A stretch of DNA of 64,000 nt from Pelagomonas calceolata. Lineage: Eukaryota. The notes under the pieces are model-generated. The model worked only from the letters and a program-made list of their open reading frames with translations. It was not told the DNA's origin and searched no databases. Positions 40,900 through 53,256 of the stretch are shown piece by piece; position 1 is the first letter of the stretch, and each line of letters starts with the position of its first letter. The stretch is from the NCBI GenBank assembly GCA_918797485.1, contig CAKKNE010000004.1:1736001-1800000 (forward strand), read 5' to 3'. The position numbers and the translations under genes are program-made.

Positions 40900-42179
40900 G
40901 GTACCAAAGAGCGTTAGTCAACGTCTGGATATCTATTGATGTATCGATGTATCGATGTATCTTATAGTGTTATACTTGACTCGGACTCGGGTTTTTTTTA
41001 CCGTCACGACGACTGATTGGCGTACCAGCAAGCTTCCGGCTACCACGGACTCGGATTCTGAGTCGTGCTCCGAGCCGCCTGCCAGTGGGTCAGGCCGGTC
41101 ACCGTGACGGTTGCAACTTGAATGTCACAGCGGCCTCAGGCTCCTCAGGCTGAGTGGAACGTGAAGTACACGTCACGGTCACGGTCTCCGACTCAGCGAG
41201 CCAGGCTCAGGCTAGCCTGAGCCTGGCTCTGGCTCGGAGTACTAGTACCCGGCCGTGACTGCCGCGGCGGCGGCGGCCCGGGTAGCCTGAGGATTCCAAC
41301 TTGCCAGTGAATGTAGAAGAGTAGCCTGAGGAGGGACTAGTATGATAGGATTAGGGGGCATATTCCTCGCAAGAGGGTTGCACCCAGCCTCATCGTTATG
41401 GCTGAGCACGTCGGTGATCCAGCCATCATCCTATCATGATACCCTTCCTTTATACACTGGCACTTCAAGTTACACACACCGTGACCAACCACGTAACGTT
41501 GAATGTAACACCTTTACTCCGAGCAAAAACTAGATACTGCAATTTAGGTAGCTCACCGGCGGACTATCCCAGCCGCTGCACTCCGAGAGCCTGAGTCCCA
41601 AACTTGAAGGTGCGCCGTACCCGGGCCCTTTGGTCTCGCGTCATTCGCAGGCCGCGGCCGTTATGGTTTCTCAAGACACTCAGAGGCTCGTCAATCAATG
41701 ACCGGCGACTCGGGCGAGCTAGGCTCAAGGGCGCCTAGAGCCTGAGCGGTCGTGGATCATCATGATGCGGCCGCGGCCTCGAGCCTCCGAGTCCGAGTCG
41801 GCCCCGGGCCGCCCGGCCCGGGGCCGAATCCTCCTAAAATACTAGTGGACTCGGAGCGGCACTCAGCCTGCCAGTGACTTGGAGGCTGGCGGCACTCAGG
41901 CTCAGGCCCTGAGGCTTGCCAGTGAAATCATCATCATGATGATGATCATTGCTCATTGTAGAATTTTTAATTTTGTGTTTAAGTTCACTTTAATCGCTTG
42001 CGAGAGGCGGCCCGCTTGTGGGCGGCGGGGAGATATGCGCTACGTCCGCCCAGAGGTATATCCCTTACGGGCGTATTGCTCAAGCTCTAGATACAAGCTC
42101 GTATATACCGACGTGTTTATTGTACTCATAGCATTATTATCTTTCGAAGCGACGAGGTGTTGCTTGTCTAGTATTAGGC

Positions 42180-43430
42180 ATGACGGCGCTTAGTTCTTCA
42201 CATGCATCGCCATCGCCAGACGAAGAATCCTGGCGCAAAAATCTCAATTTGCCAGCAAAGGACAACAGATACCAGACTGAGGATGTCACTTTGACGCGAG
42301 GGCAGGAATTCGAGGACTATTTTTTGAAGCGCGAACTGCTAATGGGTATCTTTGAGAAGGGTTTTGAGCGGCCTTCCCCCGTTCAAGAGCGGGCAATCCC
42401 CATAATTCTGCAGAATCGAAATGTTCTTGCGCGGGCTAAGAATGGCACCGGCAAGACGGCAGCATTTATCATTCCCTGCCTCGAAAAGACTGACCCCGTT
42501 AAAAAGCACATTCAGGTGCTCATTCTCATTCCGACCAGAGAGTTGGCGCTCCAGACATCAGCAGTTGTCCGTGAGCTAGGAAAGCACATGAAAGTTGAGT
42601 GCATGGTATCAACAGGCGGCACATCACTCAAGGACGACATCATGCGCCTGTACAAGCCAGTCCATGTTCTCGTTGGTACCCCTGGGCGCATTCTCGACCT
42701 CTCGGAAAAGGGTGTGGCAATTCTAACCCAGTGCCATACCCTTATCATGGACGAGGCAGACAAGCTCTTATCTCCAGAGTTTGAACCTTTATTAGAAAAA
42801 CTCGTACTACACTGCTCTCCCGAACGTCAAATTTGCCTCTTTTCTGCAACATTTCCCGTCAGTGTCAAAAAGTTTAAGGACAAGTTTATCCACCACCCTT
42901 ATGAAATCAATTTAATGGATGATCTCACTCTGAAAGGCATAACCCAGTTTTATGCTTTCGTAGAGGAGCGTCAGAAAGTGCATTGCCTACATACACTTTT
43001 TACTAAATTGGAGATAAATCAATCAGTAATATTTTGTAATTCTGTCAACCGAGTTGAGTTGCTTGCTAAAAAGATAACAGAATTGGGCTATTCATGCTTC
43101 TATATCCACGCAAAGATGCAACAGTCTCACCGAAACCGTGTGTTCCATGAATTCCGCAATGGATCCACTCGCCATCTTGTTTCCTCTGACTTGTTTACCC
43201 GTGGTATCGACATTCAGTCCGTTAACGTGGTTATCAATTTCGATTTTCCAAAGACATCAGAGACATACCTTCATCGAATTGGTCGTGCTGGTCGATTTGG
43301 TCACCTGGGGCTTGCTATAAATTTGATCACCTTCGATGATCGATTCAATCTCTATCGCATAGAATCAGAACTGGCCACTGAAATCAAACCAATCCCACCG
43401 ACGATTGACCGTGAACTTTATTGCAAATAG
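42180..43430 (+). CDS. DDX6: DEAD-box RNA helicase DDX6/Dhh1
   Basis: Contains [58 protein letters not shown] and [15 protein letters not shown]. Confidence 0.97.
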   Translation: MTALSSSHASPSPDEESWRKNLNLPAKDNRYQTEDVTLTRGQEFEDYFLKRELLMGIFEKGFERPSPVQERAIPIILQNRNVLARAKNGTGKTAAFIIPCLEKTDPVKKHIQVLILIPTRELALQTSAVVRELGKHMKVECMVSTGGTSLKDDIMRLYKPVHVLVGTPGRILDLSEKGVAILTQCHTLIMDEADKLLSPEFEPLLEKLVLHCSPERQICLFSATFPVSVKKFKDKFIHHPYEINLMDDLTLKGITQFYAFVEERQKVHCLHTLFTKLEINQSVIFCNSVNRVELLAKKITELGYSCFYIHAKMQQSHRNRVFHEFRNGSTRHLVSSDLFTRGIDIQSVNVVINFDFPKTSETYLHRIGRAGRFGHLGLAINLITFDDRFNLYRIESELATEIKPIPPTIDRELYCK

Positions 43431-43991
43431 GACTCACAAGGCGACATGGCGACATGTTTGTGCCTCAGAGATGAGTCAGTTCGAGCACTTAATTCCACGC
43501 AACCTAATCGTGCTGAGAACCGCATCTTGGAGCCGCTGCGTTTTTTTTGTCAGTCTCTAATCTTCCATTCGTCGCGCAGTATGACACTAAAATGCTGCAA
43601 TGGAAATACACGATGATGATTAAAGATGTAGCAAAAATTACACCATTTTCGGGATTTTAGAGGTCAATTAAGCCCTGTTTGCTGCGCTCATAGGAAATCG
43701 ACCTCTAATCTCAAAAATGATGATGATTTCAAGTTTCGTTCCAACCAAAACTTGAAAAATATGACATCACCCCCGCCCCCGGCCCTTCCTTACCGTGACA
43801 AAACTAGAATATACTATAGTCACGGTATACTAGTAGAGTCACGGTATAGATTTTTAGATCATCGTGATGGCAGTGAGTGATTCGAGTTTTTAAATTTATC
43901 ATGATATTTTACATCTCAGGCTTATCTTATCATGATGATGTCATGACAGATTCGGCCTAGACAGAGAGAGTAGGGGGATAGGATCATTGAA

Positions 43992-44581
43992 TTTTGCTCC
44001 GTTGGAGCAAAACCCCATTCCCCAATGAAATAGTCCAATGAAACCGTGGTTGGAGACAGTTCTGAGTGCTATTGGAAGTCCCTCAAAAAACCGATTTTCC
44101 CCAATAAGTACGATTTTTGGTTTTATTAAAATTGATTACGAAACCCCTCCCCCTTTTTGCCCAAAACCCCTTTTTGCCCTTCTCAAACGTTTGGTAAGAG
44201 GCAACGCTGTATTTTCACGACGAAATACGGCATAATCCGGTTGTGCGTTTCATCGCCATGAAGTTCAATCCCCATGTCATTCCAACGACGGAAACGTGGA
44301 CAGCCTGAGAAACCGGATAGAAGGAACAGAGTCCAACCCTTGGAGATCCACTTGAGCTGCGCCATGACGCGCTTGTGGTTCTTGTGGCTCTTCGGGTCGC
44401 GGTTGGGCAAAAAGGGGTTTTGGGCAAAAAGGGGGAGGGGTTTCGTAATCTAAATTAAACCGTACTTATTGGGGAAAATCGGTTTTTTGAGGGACTTCCA
44501 ATAGCACTCAGAACTGTCTCCAACCACGGTTTCATTGGACTATTTCATTGGGGAATGGGGTTTTGCTCCAACGGAGCAAAA
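43992..44581. mobile_element. Non-autonomous long-TIR (MITE/foldback-like) element
   Basis: 43992-~44179 is the reverse complement of ~44405-44581, with one indel region. Each end carries a TTTTGCTCC-nnn-GGAGCAAAA hairpin. An outer 16-bp inverted repeat lies at 43964-43979 and 44610-44625. Confidence 0.75.
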
Positions 44582-45122
44582 CTTGAACTTGAATCCCGGG
44601 CCGCCTATCATCCCCCTACTCTCTCAGAAGCCGGAAATTCCCTTTGAGCCCTATATAAATATGGTACGCTAGGAGGATGGGTCAATTTCTTATTCGAAAA
44701 AAAATTACGGCAAGGGGCGGGGCCTAATGGCACTGGCAGATGAGTATATGTGTGTGGCGCGCGTCCGAGTCACGGTCTAAGTGTCCGCGTCGCGCGTCGG
44801 CGGCGTGTGGCGCGCTTCGCACACGCCTCATAGACAGCGAACCGCAGCGTGGGTACACGTCCGCTCGCGCATCATGATGGGTGCGGAAGCAATGCTACCG
44901 GCGAACTTGAACTCAGTCTCAGGCTGCGGCAGAGCCGCCGAGCCTGAGATCCCCAGAAACGGGCCCCCGCACCGATACTTCCGGCGTGTACGCGGCGCGC
45001 GGCATTCATGCTACCACTGACGCGCCCGGGGGCGGGGGGAAGGGGGATCCTAAAGTGTTTTGGGCTCCCTTAGGCTAAACCCCCCCCCCCGTGGACTAAT
45101 TGAGGCGGATCGAACATTGAAC

Positions 45123-47051
45123 ATGCGTGTGATTGGCATGGTGCTCCTGACGGGAATATCGAGGATAAGGGGTTGGCGAGTTGGTACACGCTCTCCAACT
45201 ATGAGCACCGGGGGAAATACGATAAAGGAACTAGCCGCTTTCGAAAGAGATGGGAGCCCGCGCATGCGGTTTGCTCCATCACCAACCGGTTCACTACACG
45301 TCGGTGGTGCGCGGACCGCGCTGCGCGTTTCCAGTGTCGTCTTTAGCCCTGTGAGTGGCACTTGCTGCGGCAGGTACAATTGGCTTGTTGCACGACAGGA
45401 GCAAAACGGGAAATTCCTCTTACGCATTGAAGATACAGACCTAGCGCGTTCAACAAGGGAGAGCGAGGAGAGCATGCTAGCAGACCTTGAGTGGCTTGGG
45501 CTTGACTGGGACGAAGGGCCTGGGGTTGGTGGACCATGTGGTTCATACCGGCAAAGTGAACGCTCACACATCTACAAGGAGGCGACCGACTTTCTCGTAC
45601 GCGCCGGTCATGCGTACCCGTGCTTTTGTACGGAAGAGGAACTAGAGACGAAGCGTATAGCAGCCAAGATGGCGGGGTCACAGGTTGCATACGATGGGAC
45701 CTGGCGGGGGGCTGATGCCGACGAGGTCCAGCGTCTTCTTGAATCGAATACGCCACATACGTATCGATTTCGTACACCAAAGGGCAAGATTGTGCGTGTC
45801 GATGACCGGGTGCGAGGGCATGTTGAGTGGGACGTGCAGGCTACGATTGGTGATTTCATTCTACTCCGGTCAAATGGCGTGCCTGTATACAATTTCTGCG
45901 TCGCTGTGGATGATGCGCTCATGGGTGTCACAACAGTTGTACGTGCAGAGGAACACTTGACAAACACGGTCCGGCAGCTACTTGTGCTTGAAGCTCTTGG
46001 CTTTAAAGAACCATCCTATGCACACGCGTCACTCATCCTTGGTAGTGATAAATCAAAATTGAGTAAACGACACGGGGCCACATCCTGTGGCCAGTTCCGC
46101 GAACGTGGTTACCTTCCCGACGCTATGATAAATTATCTTGCTCTCCTAGGCTGGAATGACGGCACCGACAAGGAGGTTTATTCACGCGAAGAACTCATCA
46201 AATCCTTCGATTTGTCGCGTGTGACCGCTTCGCCTGCAATGTTTGATGATGCCAAGCTCCGGTGGCTCAATGGCCAACATCTGCGCTCAATGTCGTTGAA
46301 GAGGCTGCTTCCGCTTGCAAGGGAACACTTCAAGGCTGGTGGTCTTCTGGACGATGCAGAAACAAATTCTGCAGCGGTCAATGATTTCATTAAAATCGCA
46401 GCAACTTCAACCCAACCTAAGGCTGAGCTTGTTACTGACATGGTTGACCTGACTCGATCCACTCTCGCTTATCCACTGTTGGAGACAGTCAAAATTCAGG
46501 ATTGCAATGAGGAGGCTTCGGTGCTTGCAAAGACAGTCACCAAGGTACTTGATGATGACTTCATATCATTCTCTAAAGCACTTATTGATTCATACGATGC
46601 ACGCGAGGCACCTCCATTCTGCTACGACGCAGCGTTGGCAGCTGATGCTAATCCATCCTCTGTCCTGGAGTGGCTTGAAGCGCTTGGTGGTAGGCTTGGT
46701 CGCTCTAAAAAAAATCTCCTAATGCCAGCTCGCATTGCGCTTACTGGCAAGACTACTGGTATGGATATTCCCTCACAGCTAAAAATCATCCAATGCGCTA
46801 TACACGCCAATTGTGCCCGCAGTATCTGTGTCTCAATTGACCAGCGCATGGAGATACTTCGGGCCTATGGGGGCAGCGCCCCCTGCTCCTTCGACGGTAA
46901 CACTACGCCCGAGGGAGAACTCGAGCCAAAAAGGAACATGAATCTTGCGACATTCTCTAAGCTGAGGCGGGTCTATGAGTCAAATCGCCGCACTGCCTCA
47001 GATGACATAACCATGTTCGAGATTCTCAGAAACGCCTATGAAGGACTATAA
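45123..47051 (+). CDS. gltX: Glutamyl-tRNA synthetase, organellar (bacterial-type), with N-terminal targeting presequence
   Basis: Contains RFAPSPTGSLHVGGARTA, LRIEDTD, YRQSER, AYPCFCT, VRAEEHLTNT and KLSKRHG. Removing the in-frame 51-nt GC-AG intron 45323-45373 restores GGARTALYNWL. The ATG at 45123 gives a hydrophobic leader. Confidence 0.93.
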   Translation: MRVIGMVLLTGISRIRGWRVGTRSPTMSTGGNTIKELAAFERDGSPRMRFAPSPTGSLHVGGARTALRVSSVVFSPVSGTCCGRYNWLVARQEQNGKFLLRIEDTDLARSTRESEESMLADLEWLGLDWDEGPGVGGPCGSYRQSERSHIYKEATDFLVRAGHAYPCFCTEEELETKRIAAKMAGSQVAYDGTWRGADADEVQRLLESNTPHTYRFRTPKGKIVRVDDRVRGHVEWDVQATIGDFILLRSNGVPVYNFCVAVDDALMGVTTVVRAEEHLTNTVRQLLVLEALGFKEPSYAHASLILGSDKSKLSKRHGATSCGQFRERGYLPDAMINYLALLGWNDGTDKEVYSREELIKSFDLSRVTASPAMFDDAKLRWLNGQHLRSMSLKRLLPLAREHFKAGGLLDDAETNSAAVNDFIKIAATSTQPKAELVTDMVDLTRSTLAYPLLETVKIQDCNEEASVLAKTVTKVLDDDFISFSKALIDSYDAREAPPFCYDAALAADANPSSVLEWLEALGGRLGRSKKNLLMPARIALTGKTTGMDIPSQLKIIQCAIHANCARSICVSIDQRMEILRAYGGSAPCSFDGNTTPEGELEPKRNMNLATFSKLRRVYESNRRTASDDITMFEILRNAYEGL

Positions 47052-47608
47052 CCCAAATTAGGGTCCCTAGACTGACTCCACATAGGATTGACAAATTACC
47101 CCACTGGCGGATCTTTCACTGCGTGCACAGCTTCCACCCTACAAAAAAATAACTTGTTGTGTTGGTACTACCGTCAAGCATTGTCCATCGACGTGCTGAA
47201 GCTGTTCACGGACGCCGTCCTAAGAGTTGACAGGGGTAATTAAGGAAGTATACTATAGGTGTGTGCAGCTCTGAGCGGAACCAGGAGCCGTCCAATTATT
47301 GAGCCGCTGGTTCAAGTTGAAGAATTTTGCTCAGGCTCTTCCGAGTCTAAGCATATTTCGCATATCCCTCAGGCTCATGTCGTTGGACACGCCCCCAATT
47401 GTTGAGCGGCTTATTGAAAGAGGCTGCGCGACTAAACATACGTTGGATATTAGTTACCTCCTTGTACCTCCTTGGACACCGCTGTTCCATTTATCGATAG
47501 CCTGAGGCTGGTTGGAGGATCATGGGATCATTATCTTGCTAGGTCTTACTTGCTAGGTTGAGGTGAGGAACGCTTGGTGAGGATTCGGTTCGAGTTCTAG
47601 GTTCGAGT

Positions 47609-47657
47609 AAGGGTTGGGATTGGGTAGGGTTAGGGCTGGGCGACGGGTTAGAGCGGG
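47609..47657 (+). repeat. Degenerate interstitial telomere-like (TTAGGG-related) tract
   Basis: agggttgggattgggtagggttagggctgggcgacgggttag. Confidence 0.35.
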
Positions 47658-48907
47658 TCCTAGTGTCGGTGGCAGTTTCGCGGCAGCATCGTCTCCGATG
47701 GTCTTGAAAAGGTGCTCATCGGAACGTGGGGGCCGAGAGAATCGTTTTTAGGCGGGTGGAAAGGGCGAGCGGCGAAGAACAGCGTTTCGGCGAGCGGCGC
47801 AAACACACTGGGGCCTGTGAGCCCCGTACAGTTAACGATATGAGCCTGAGGCATCATCATGATGTACAAAAGGTATCTTAGTGCGCTACGAATAGAGCCC
47901 ATTGTCATCTGAAACACGCACTACCCTAGCACATAAAATCTACATCAGACTCGGAGTTTCAAGTTCCAGTGCCGTCGCGTCGTCGCGAAGTAATGGGTAC
48001 ACCCCGTTTTCACCCATCACTCCTTCATGTTGAGCCCTTTTTGAAAGCACGTCTTCATGGCCCTTAAGGGTGTTTAGGAGTTTTCCGATGAGGTTCCGAG
48101 CGGTGTCACGGTTGCACGCTCCTTTGCAGCTATTCCAGCGCTGATAGTCCGCCAGTCGTGCGGTGCTGCCGCGAACGACCCAAACGGGGCCAAAGCGGCC
48201 ACCAGGAGCCCATCCGGCCCCAAAATCGCTTCAAATTGCCATTCGACCTCGTTTCGGTATTAGCCTGAGTATGTTTTTAGATCATCACAGCCCGAGATCC
48301 CGGCGCCTCCCGGTAAAGTATCTCTGTATATGCCTCATAAACCCCACCGGTGCAACAGATGCTAGAACCCGATTGGGTCTCAGGACAAATAGTGCAAACC
48401 TGTAGATAGGAGGTCCGAGGGGCCCAGCGCCGGGTACTAGTGGGGAGCGATGCTACGAGCCGACAGATTCGCCGAGATCACCGACACGGCCCGGGCACGG
48501 CGAAACTCCTGCCGCGCATACGTCGCGGCGCGCGGCGCGTCGGACCCAAGTCATCTCTGGCGGTCGCTCACAGTGGAGAAATCGTCCACACGGGGCGTAT
48601 AGAGGGCTTGTAAACCGCAGGTGGTGGTTGCGTACGCGGACTCATTTTTTAACTCGTACCTACTGGCGAACTAGCAGAGCTCGGTGCGCGACGCGAGCGG
48701 CGCCTCTGCGGAACTCGCGGCCACTAGCCGAGTTTGGCACCCAAAGGTCGGGCCTAAACAAAAAATCGGAGCCATCGGTTTTGCGGCACGTGGGCGCCGG
48801 CACGGAAGGGTGGACGTGGAGCCCACACCCTGAATTACTATCACCCTGTAGGGTATTATTGGTGGAAGACGTGCGCGATCCGCGTAAGACTTTTCATCAT
48901 CAGAAGG

Positions 48908-49659
48908 ATGTTGCTCAAGGTAGTGATCTTGGGTGACTCGGGCGTAGGCAAGGTAATTCTCCACCAGTAGCAAACCAAAACGCAAGAAATGTCTTTTAGA
49001 CTGCTTTATTGAATCAGTTTGTCAATAATCGATTCTCGACGTCCTACAAGGCAACAATCGGAGCTGATTTTCTGACTAAAGAGGCATTTTGCGGTGCAAA
49101 TGCAAGATCAGTTGCTGTAAAGCATTCTTCAGGTCGCGATCGATGAAACCTTGGTAACCTTGCAGATATGGGATACCGCAGGTATCACAAAGCATAAAAC
49201 AACGTACACGTGATGAATGACTATTATATAGGTCAGGAACGCTTCCAGTCTTTAGGGGTAGGGTTCTACCGTGGTGCAGATGTCTGCATTCTGGTGTATG
49301 ACATCACGCAACCCAAGTCTTTTGAAAATCTTGATACGTGGCGCATTGAATTCCTAACTCAAGCATCGCCCTCTGATACCCAAAACTTCCCGTTCGTAGT
49401 CATTGCCAACAAGCTTGATCGAGAGAATGATCGTCGTGTCGCAACACAAAGAGCACAAACTTGGTGCGCTAAAAATTCAACATCAATATTGCCATTTTTT
49501 GAGACTTCGGCGAAAGCAGCTACGGAGGTCGAAGCTGCCTTTCGAAAGGCAGCTCAGCTAGCTTTATCTCAAGGAACTATGCAGGCTGATTTCATTCCAG
49601 AGACCATCAGCTTCAGAGGTTCTCCTGCAAATGGGGATTCCAAGAGCAGCTGCTGCTAG
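48908..49659 (+). CDS. RAB7: Rab7-family small GTPase (4 exons)
   Basis: Reads [15 protein letters not shown] | [28 protein letters not shown] | [17 protein letters not shown] | [16 protein letters not shown]...NKLD...ETSAK...SSCC. Introns are 48953-48999, 49084-49132 (GC-AG) and 49182-49231. The start may lie in an upstream exon. Confidence 0.93.
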
Positions 49660-51266
49660 ACCCAGCAAAGCTTGTGTTGCCCGAAATGGACAAGGGAAGT
49701 GTCCATGTAGGGTTGGTATCTTGCATATTGCACCCAGAATCGATTTCTTACTATACTTTATATTGAGCGTTGTGGTGGCGAGTTCACTGTCCGAACGAGA
49801 ATCACTAATTCGCGTGGTCTCCCAGGATGTCATCAAGGGACTCGTTCATGTGGGTCAACATCAAGATGCATCTGATGGTGCTTCCAAATTGCGTCTATCA
49901 AGGACGACGCCATGGTCTGCAAGTTGAGTCTCACTCTCCATTGCGCCATTGCTTTGTATTTTCTTTGTCCCATTGTGTTTTAATCAAAGTCGCAGACCAT
50001 GACGTGCCAGTGTTAGAACAGATACAAAAAGGAGCAAACACGAGGGGGGGGGGGGCAACCGGACGCCTTTTAGCCCTTGATGTTTACAGATCCTGTCCGG
50101 GCGAAGAAGGAGTGGTTTTGTCACTTCAACTGGTCATCCGACCTGCCTCGTAACCAAAAAGCCCCCCCGAAATTACCGAAAATGCGCAAAATCATTTACG
50201 GGATTCGGACGCCCTTCTAAGGCTTCTTCCCAAGTCCCTAGACCGTGACCTCCTTGTATCATTTGGAATATAGTAAGCAGGGCCCGGGCAATATGCCAGT
50301 GTGTAGTTGAACACTAACAAGCCGGTAGTCATCCCACGCCATACTAGTGCTATAGTACACCCAATTCGCATCATCGCATGGTATCTTCCATCTTACACTT
50401 GCAACTTGAACACATTGCATGTCACAGTCACGACTTATCTCTCATTACCTTCGTCCGACTCTGAGTCAGAGGGGGAAACCAGACTCTGGGTAAGTCTTAA
50501 TCGACCCAAAAGTGCCAGCTTCTTTGCGCATTGGCATAAAATAAAGCCTCCCGACGGAGGTCGGTAGGGCCTCCCTGGGAAGGCAGCGGTCTGTACAGAG
50601 GACCGGAGGACGATTAAAGCGCGAGCGAGGGCTCTTAATTCGTCACAAGCTCGTTTTCATCCGGCCTTGCGGTAGTATATGTGCCGACCGTGCGGCCGAC
50701 GCCAACCCTCGGGGCAGCCAGTGTCAATCTAGCCCCCCAGGGCCGTGCCTTTTTCTTGAAGAGAATAGCGAAATGGCGGCCATAGTCACCAGGTTAGTTA
50801 CCGCCCCAGGGCGAACCGACGTCCCCGTGCGAGCCCCTGACCTCATCCGGCTCTTACAAGGTTCGCACGAGCCCCGGGTCGAATCAGGCTGCTTGGGCGC
50901 TGGTCCCGGGCTTCGCGCAGCCTATCTGCCCGATCAAAAGTCCAGATGATAAGTTCGAGTCCCTACATGCCCACAATACGACGCTAACCCGCCTCGGACA
51001 TGGGCCCCGGGCTAGAGCCCCGGGCCAAAAATGTAGCAGTGCCCGACCCCCAAGTCCGATAAGCCAGCTAGGGGCCGCTGCTCAAATAACGCATGATGCC
51101 CTTTGCAATTATGATGGCAAAGTGGCACTGTCGTTGGAGCTCAGCGCTGGATGAGAGAGAGAGGGAAACTACTGCCTAGTACTCCAGCCTGAAAGCATTA
51201 GGACTTACTCTCCTTTGATCGCTTGGCACTTGCTTCTACTTGCCTTTACATGTTTGGCTTTAGATC

Positions 51267-53256
51267 TTACCTTGAAGCAGGTAGAAGCGGGTCAAGGGGC
51301 AGCTTGCGCTGTGTATTGTTCCCATTACCTCCTGCAGCTTGATGTGCCCATGTCCTCAGTACATTGGGAGTGTTAGCGTGCGTCTCTACTTCGCGCAGCC
51401 TATCACAAGTATGATACGCACGTGCTAATTGACCCTAATACGCACGTTGATAGGAGGAATTCACGATGTTGTTTTGATGAAGAATTCAAAAAAAAGTCCC
51501 TCTGCATTCTTTGATTGCCTTTCTCATCTCTGACACTCTTTGTTGCAAAAACTTTATTCAGGTTTGGCTGATTACTATATGGGTTTAGGGTATGTGCATT
51601 TGAACTTTTATCAAAACCTCCTGGGGGGTGTTGCTGGATCGAACGGAATGAGGTGGCAAGATGGGCAAGAGGATGTCCTTTCTGCAAGTGCGCGCTACTA
51701 ACATCGTTGAAAAAAGATTTTTCTGTGCACATGAATTTTTATTTTTGCTTATGTGAACAATTGCTAAACCCACCTCGTTGGTGAATAATTGCACCGACCG
51801 ATAGTCCATCACTATAGTTTTTACTATCAAAATATGGCGAGCCCGTATTTGCTCCTGGAACACTGTATATTGGAGCCGGTATCGATGGCATCAGAGGCTT
51901 AGCTGTTTGTCTGTTGAGGGTTTTATTACCATTGTTGGCGGCTAAGTTTTTCTGAAGGGCCTCGTCTGTGTTTGTCTTTGTCTTCGCATTTGCTTTTGTA
52001 GTATAGTCGAGCTCACTGTATTTTCGTGAGCTCGCTGCAGTTACAAATTCTGCGTAGACAAGGTAACAATTTTCGCACACAGCTGCACTTTTGTACATAA
52101 AAAGTGGGTCTCGCCGGTATCGTTTGTAAATTTCAGGTGATAATTTTGGATGAATCTGTTTTATTATAGGAGGAATTACAATCCCTGCACCCCTGAGTGG
52201 AATCCCTGCGCAGTCTTTTGCCTTGCCAAACCCCACGCCCCCAGACGCTTCCATGATCAAGGGTTCGGGATAGTACTTCGATGTTTGACTTTTATCCACA
52301 ATTGCAGCAAGAGCTCTTTCAAAATGGGAAATTATAGTTTGATATCGCACCTGATGAAACTTGTCTGAAGTTGCTGATTTCCCACAACTTATACATTGCA
52401 AGCAGTTGAGGGGTTTAAATTCACCTTGAGAATGATTTGGCTTGTCTATGAGCGTAACATCGGCGGGTAGTTGAATAGTTCGGTTGATATCAATCGGTGT
52501 ACATATTCGTGGCAGATCCTGAGACTTTCCACAACTCCTCTCGAGTCTAATAGAATCACTCCAAAGAAACCATATTCGCCCTCTTGAGTCCACCTTGAAG
52601 TTAGCAACCATACGTGCAACACGGCACTTTTGAAAGGAAACTTCAGTGACGTGTGCGACAAGGTTCTCACAAAGTCGCTGGATTTGACTTGGCAAAGCAG
52701 TCCCACGCAGTGGCGAGGCTATACTAAAGTGTTCTGGTCCCTCATATGTCACCGCACGCTCATACAAACCATATCTTTGGTCGTAGAGCTGCTTAGAATT
52801 AACCCGTCTTTCCAAGAGGCAAACCTTTGGTGACCATATCGCTCTAATGATTGCGTTGTGGACACCCTTTGGCTCAACAAAATGCTGGAGGATACCATTA
52901 TTCTCTTTCCATCTGTTGTAGAGAAACTCGTGCAAACCTCTGCGATCAAAGTATTCAATTGCTGTAACTTTCTCCCGGCGACCTTGCACAGCCATCTCAC
53001 TCATGTAGTACGCAACAACTTCACTGTTCCTTTTATTAAAAACTTCTTCAATGCGTACATTGGCTAGATTCTGTTTATTCTTTTTTTTAAGCTTACCACT
53101 TACACTCGTAAAGTACCAGTGGACAGGCTGACCGAATTTATAGACTATTGTGTCTGGCATTCTCAAAGAAGGCCCATAACCTAGTTCGTCTTTTGTGTGG
53201 AGCCAGCTTAGTAGGACATCCGATATCCCGTCCCCTTCAAGCCCCACGACGCTCAT
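51267..53256 (-). CDS. Uncharacterised protein (3 predicted exons)
   Basis: ORF 51739..53265 has globular-looking sequence (MPDTIVYKFGQPVHWYFTS, IEYFD, GILQHFVEPKG, IRAIWSPKVCLLERRVN). GT-AG introns 51723-51773 and 51400-51445 join it in frame to REKSFFND...HPLAHL and HREFLLSTLREVE. Confidence 0.7.

Noticed and set aside
38540..42000. CRISPR array
   Set aside because: The repeated words are 7-8 bp, irregularly spaced and in both orientations. There are no cas genes and the context is eukaryotic.
47100..48900. Short ORFs and a possible chromosome end at the telomere-like tract
   Set aside because: The ORFs have no recognisable motifs. The tract is short, degenerate and flanked by genes.
49700..51200. 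Possible gene or transposon remnant downstream of Rab7
   Set aside because: The frames I checked contain stops, and I could not recognise a domain or terminal repeats.
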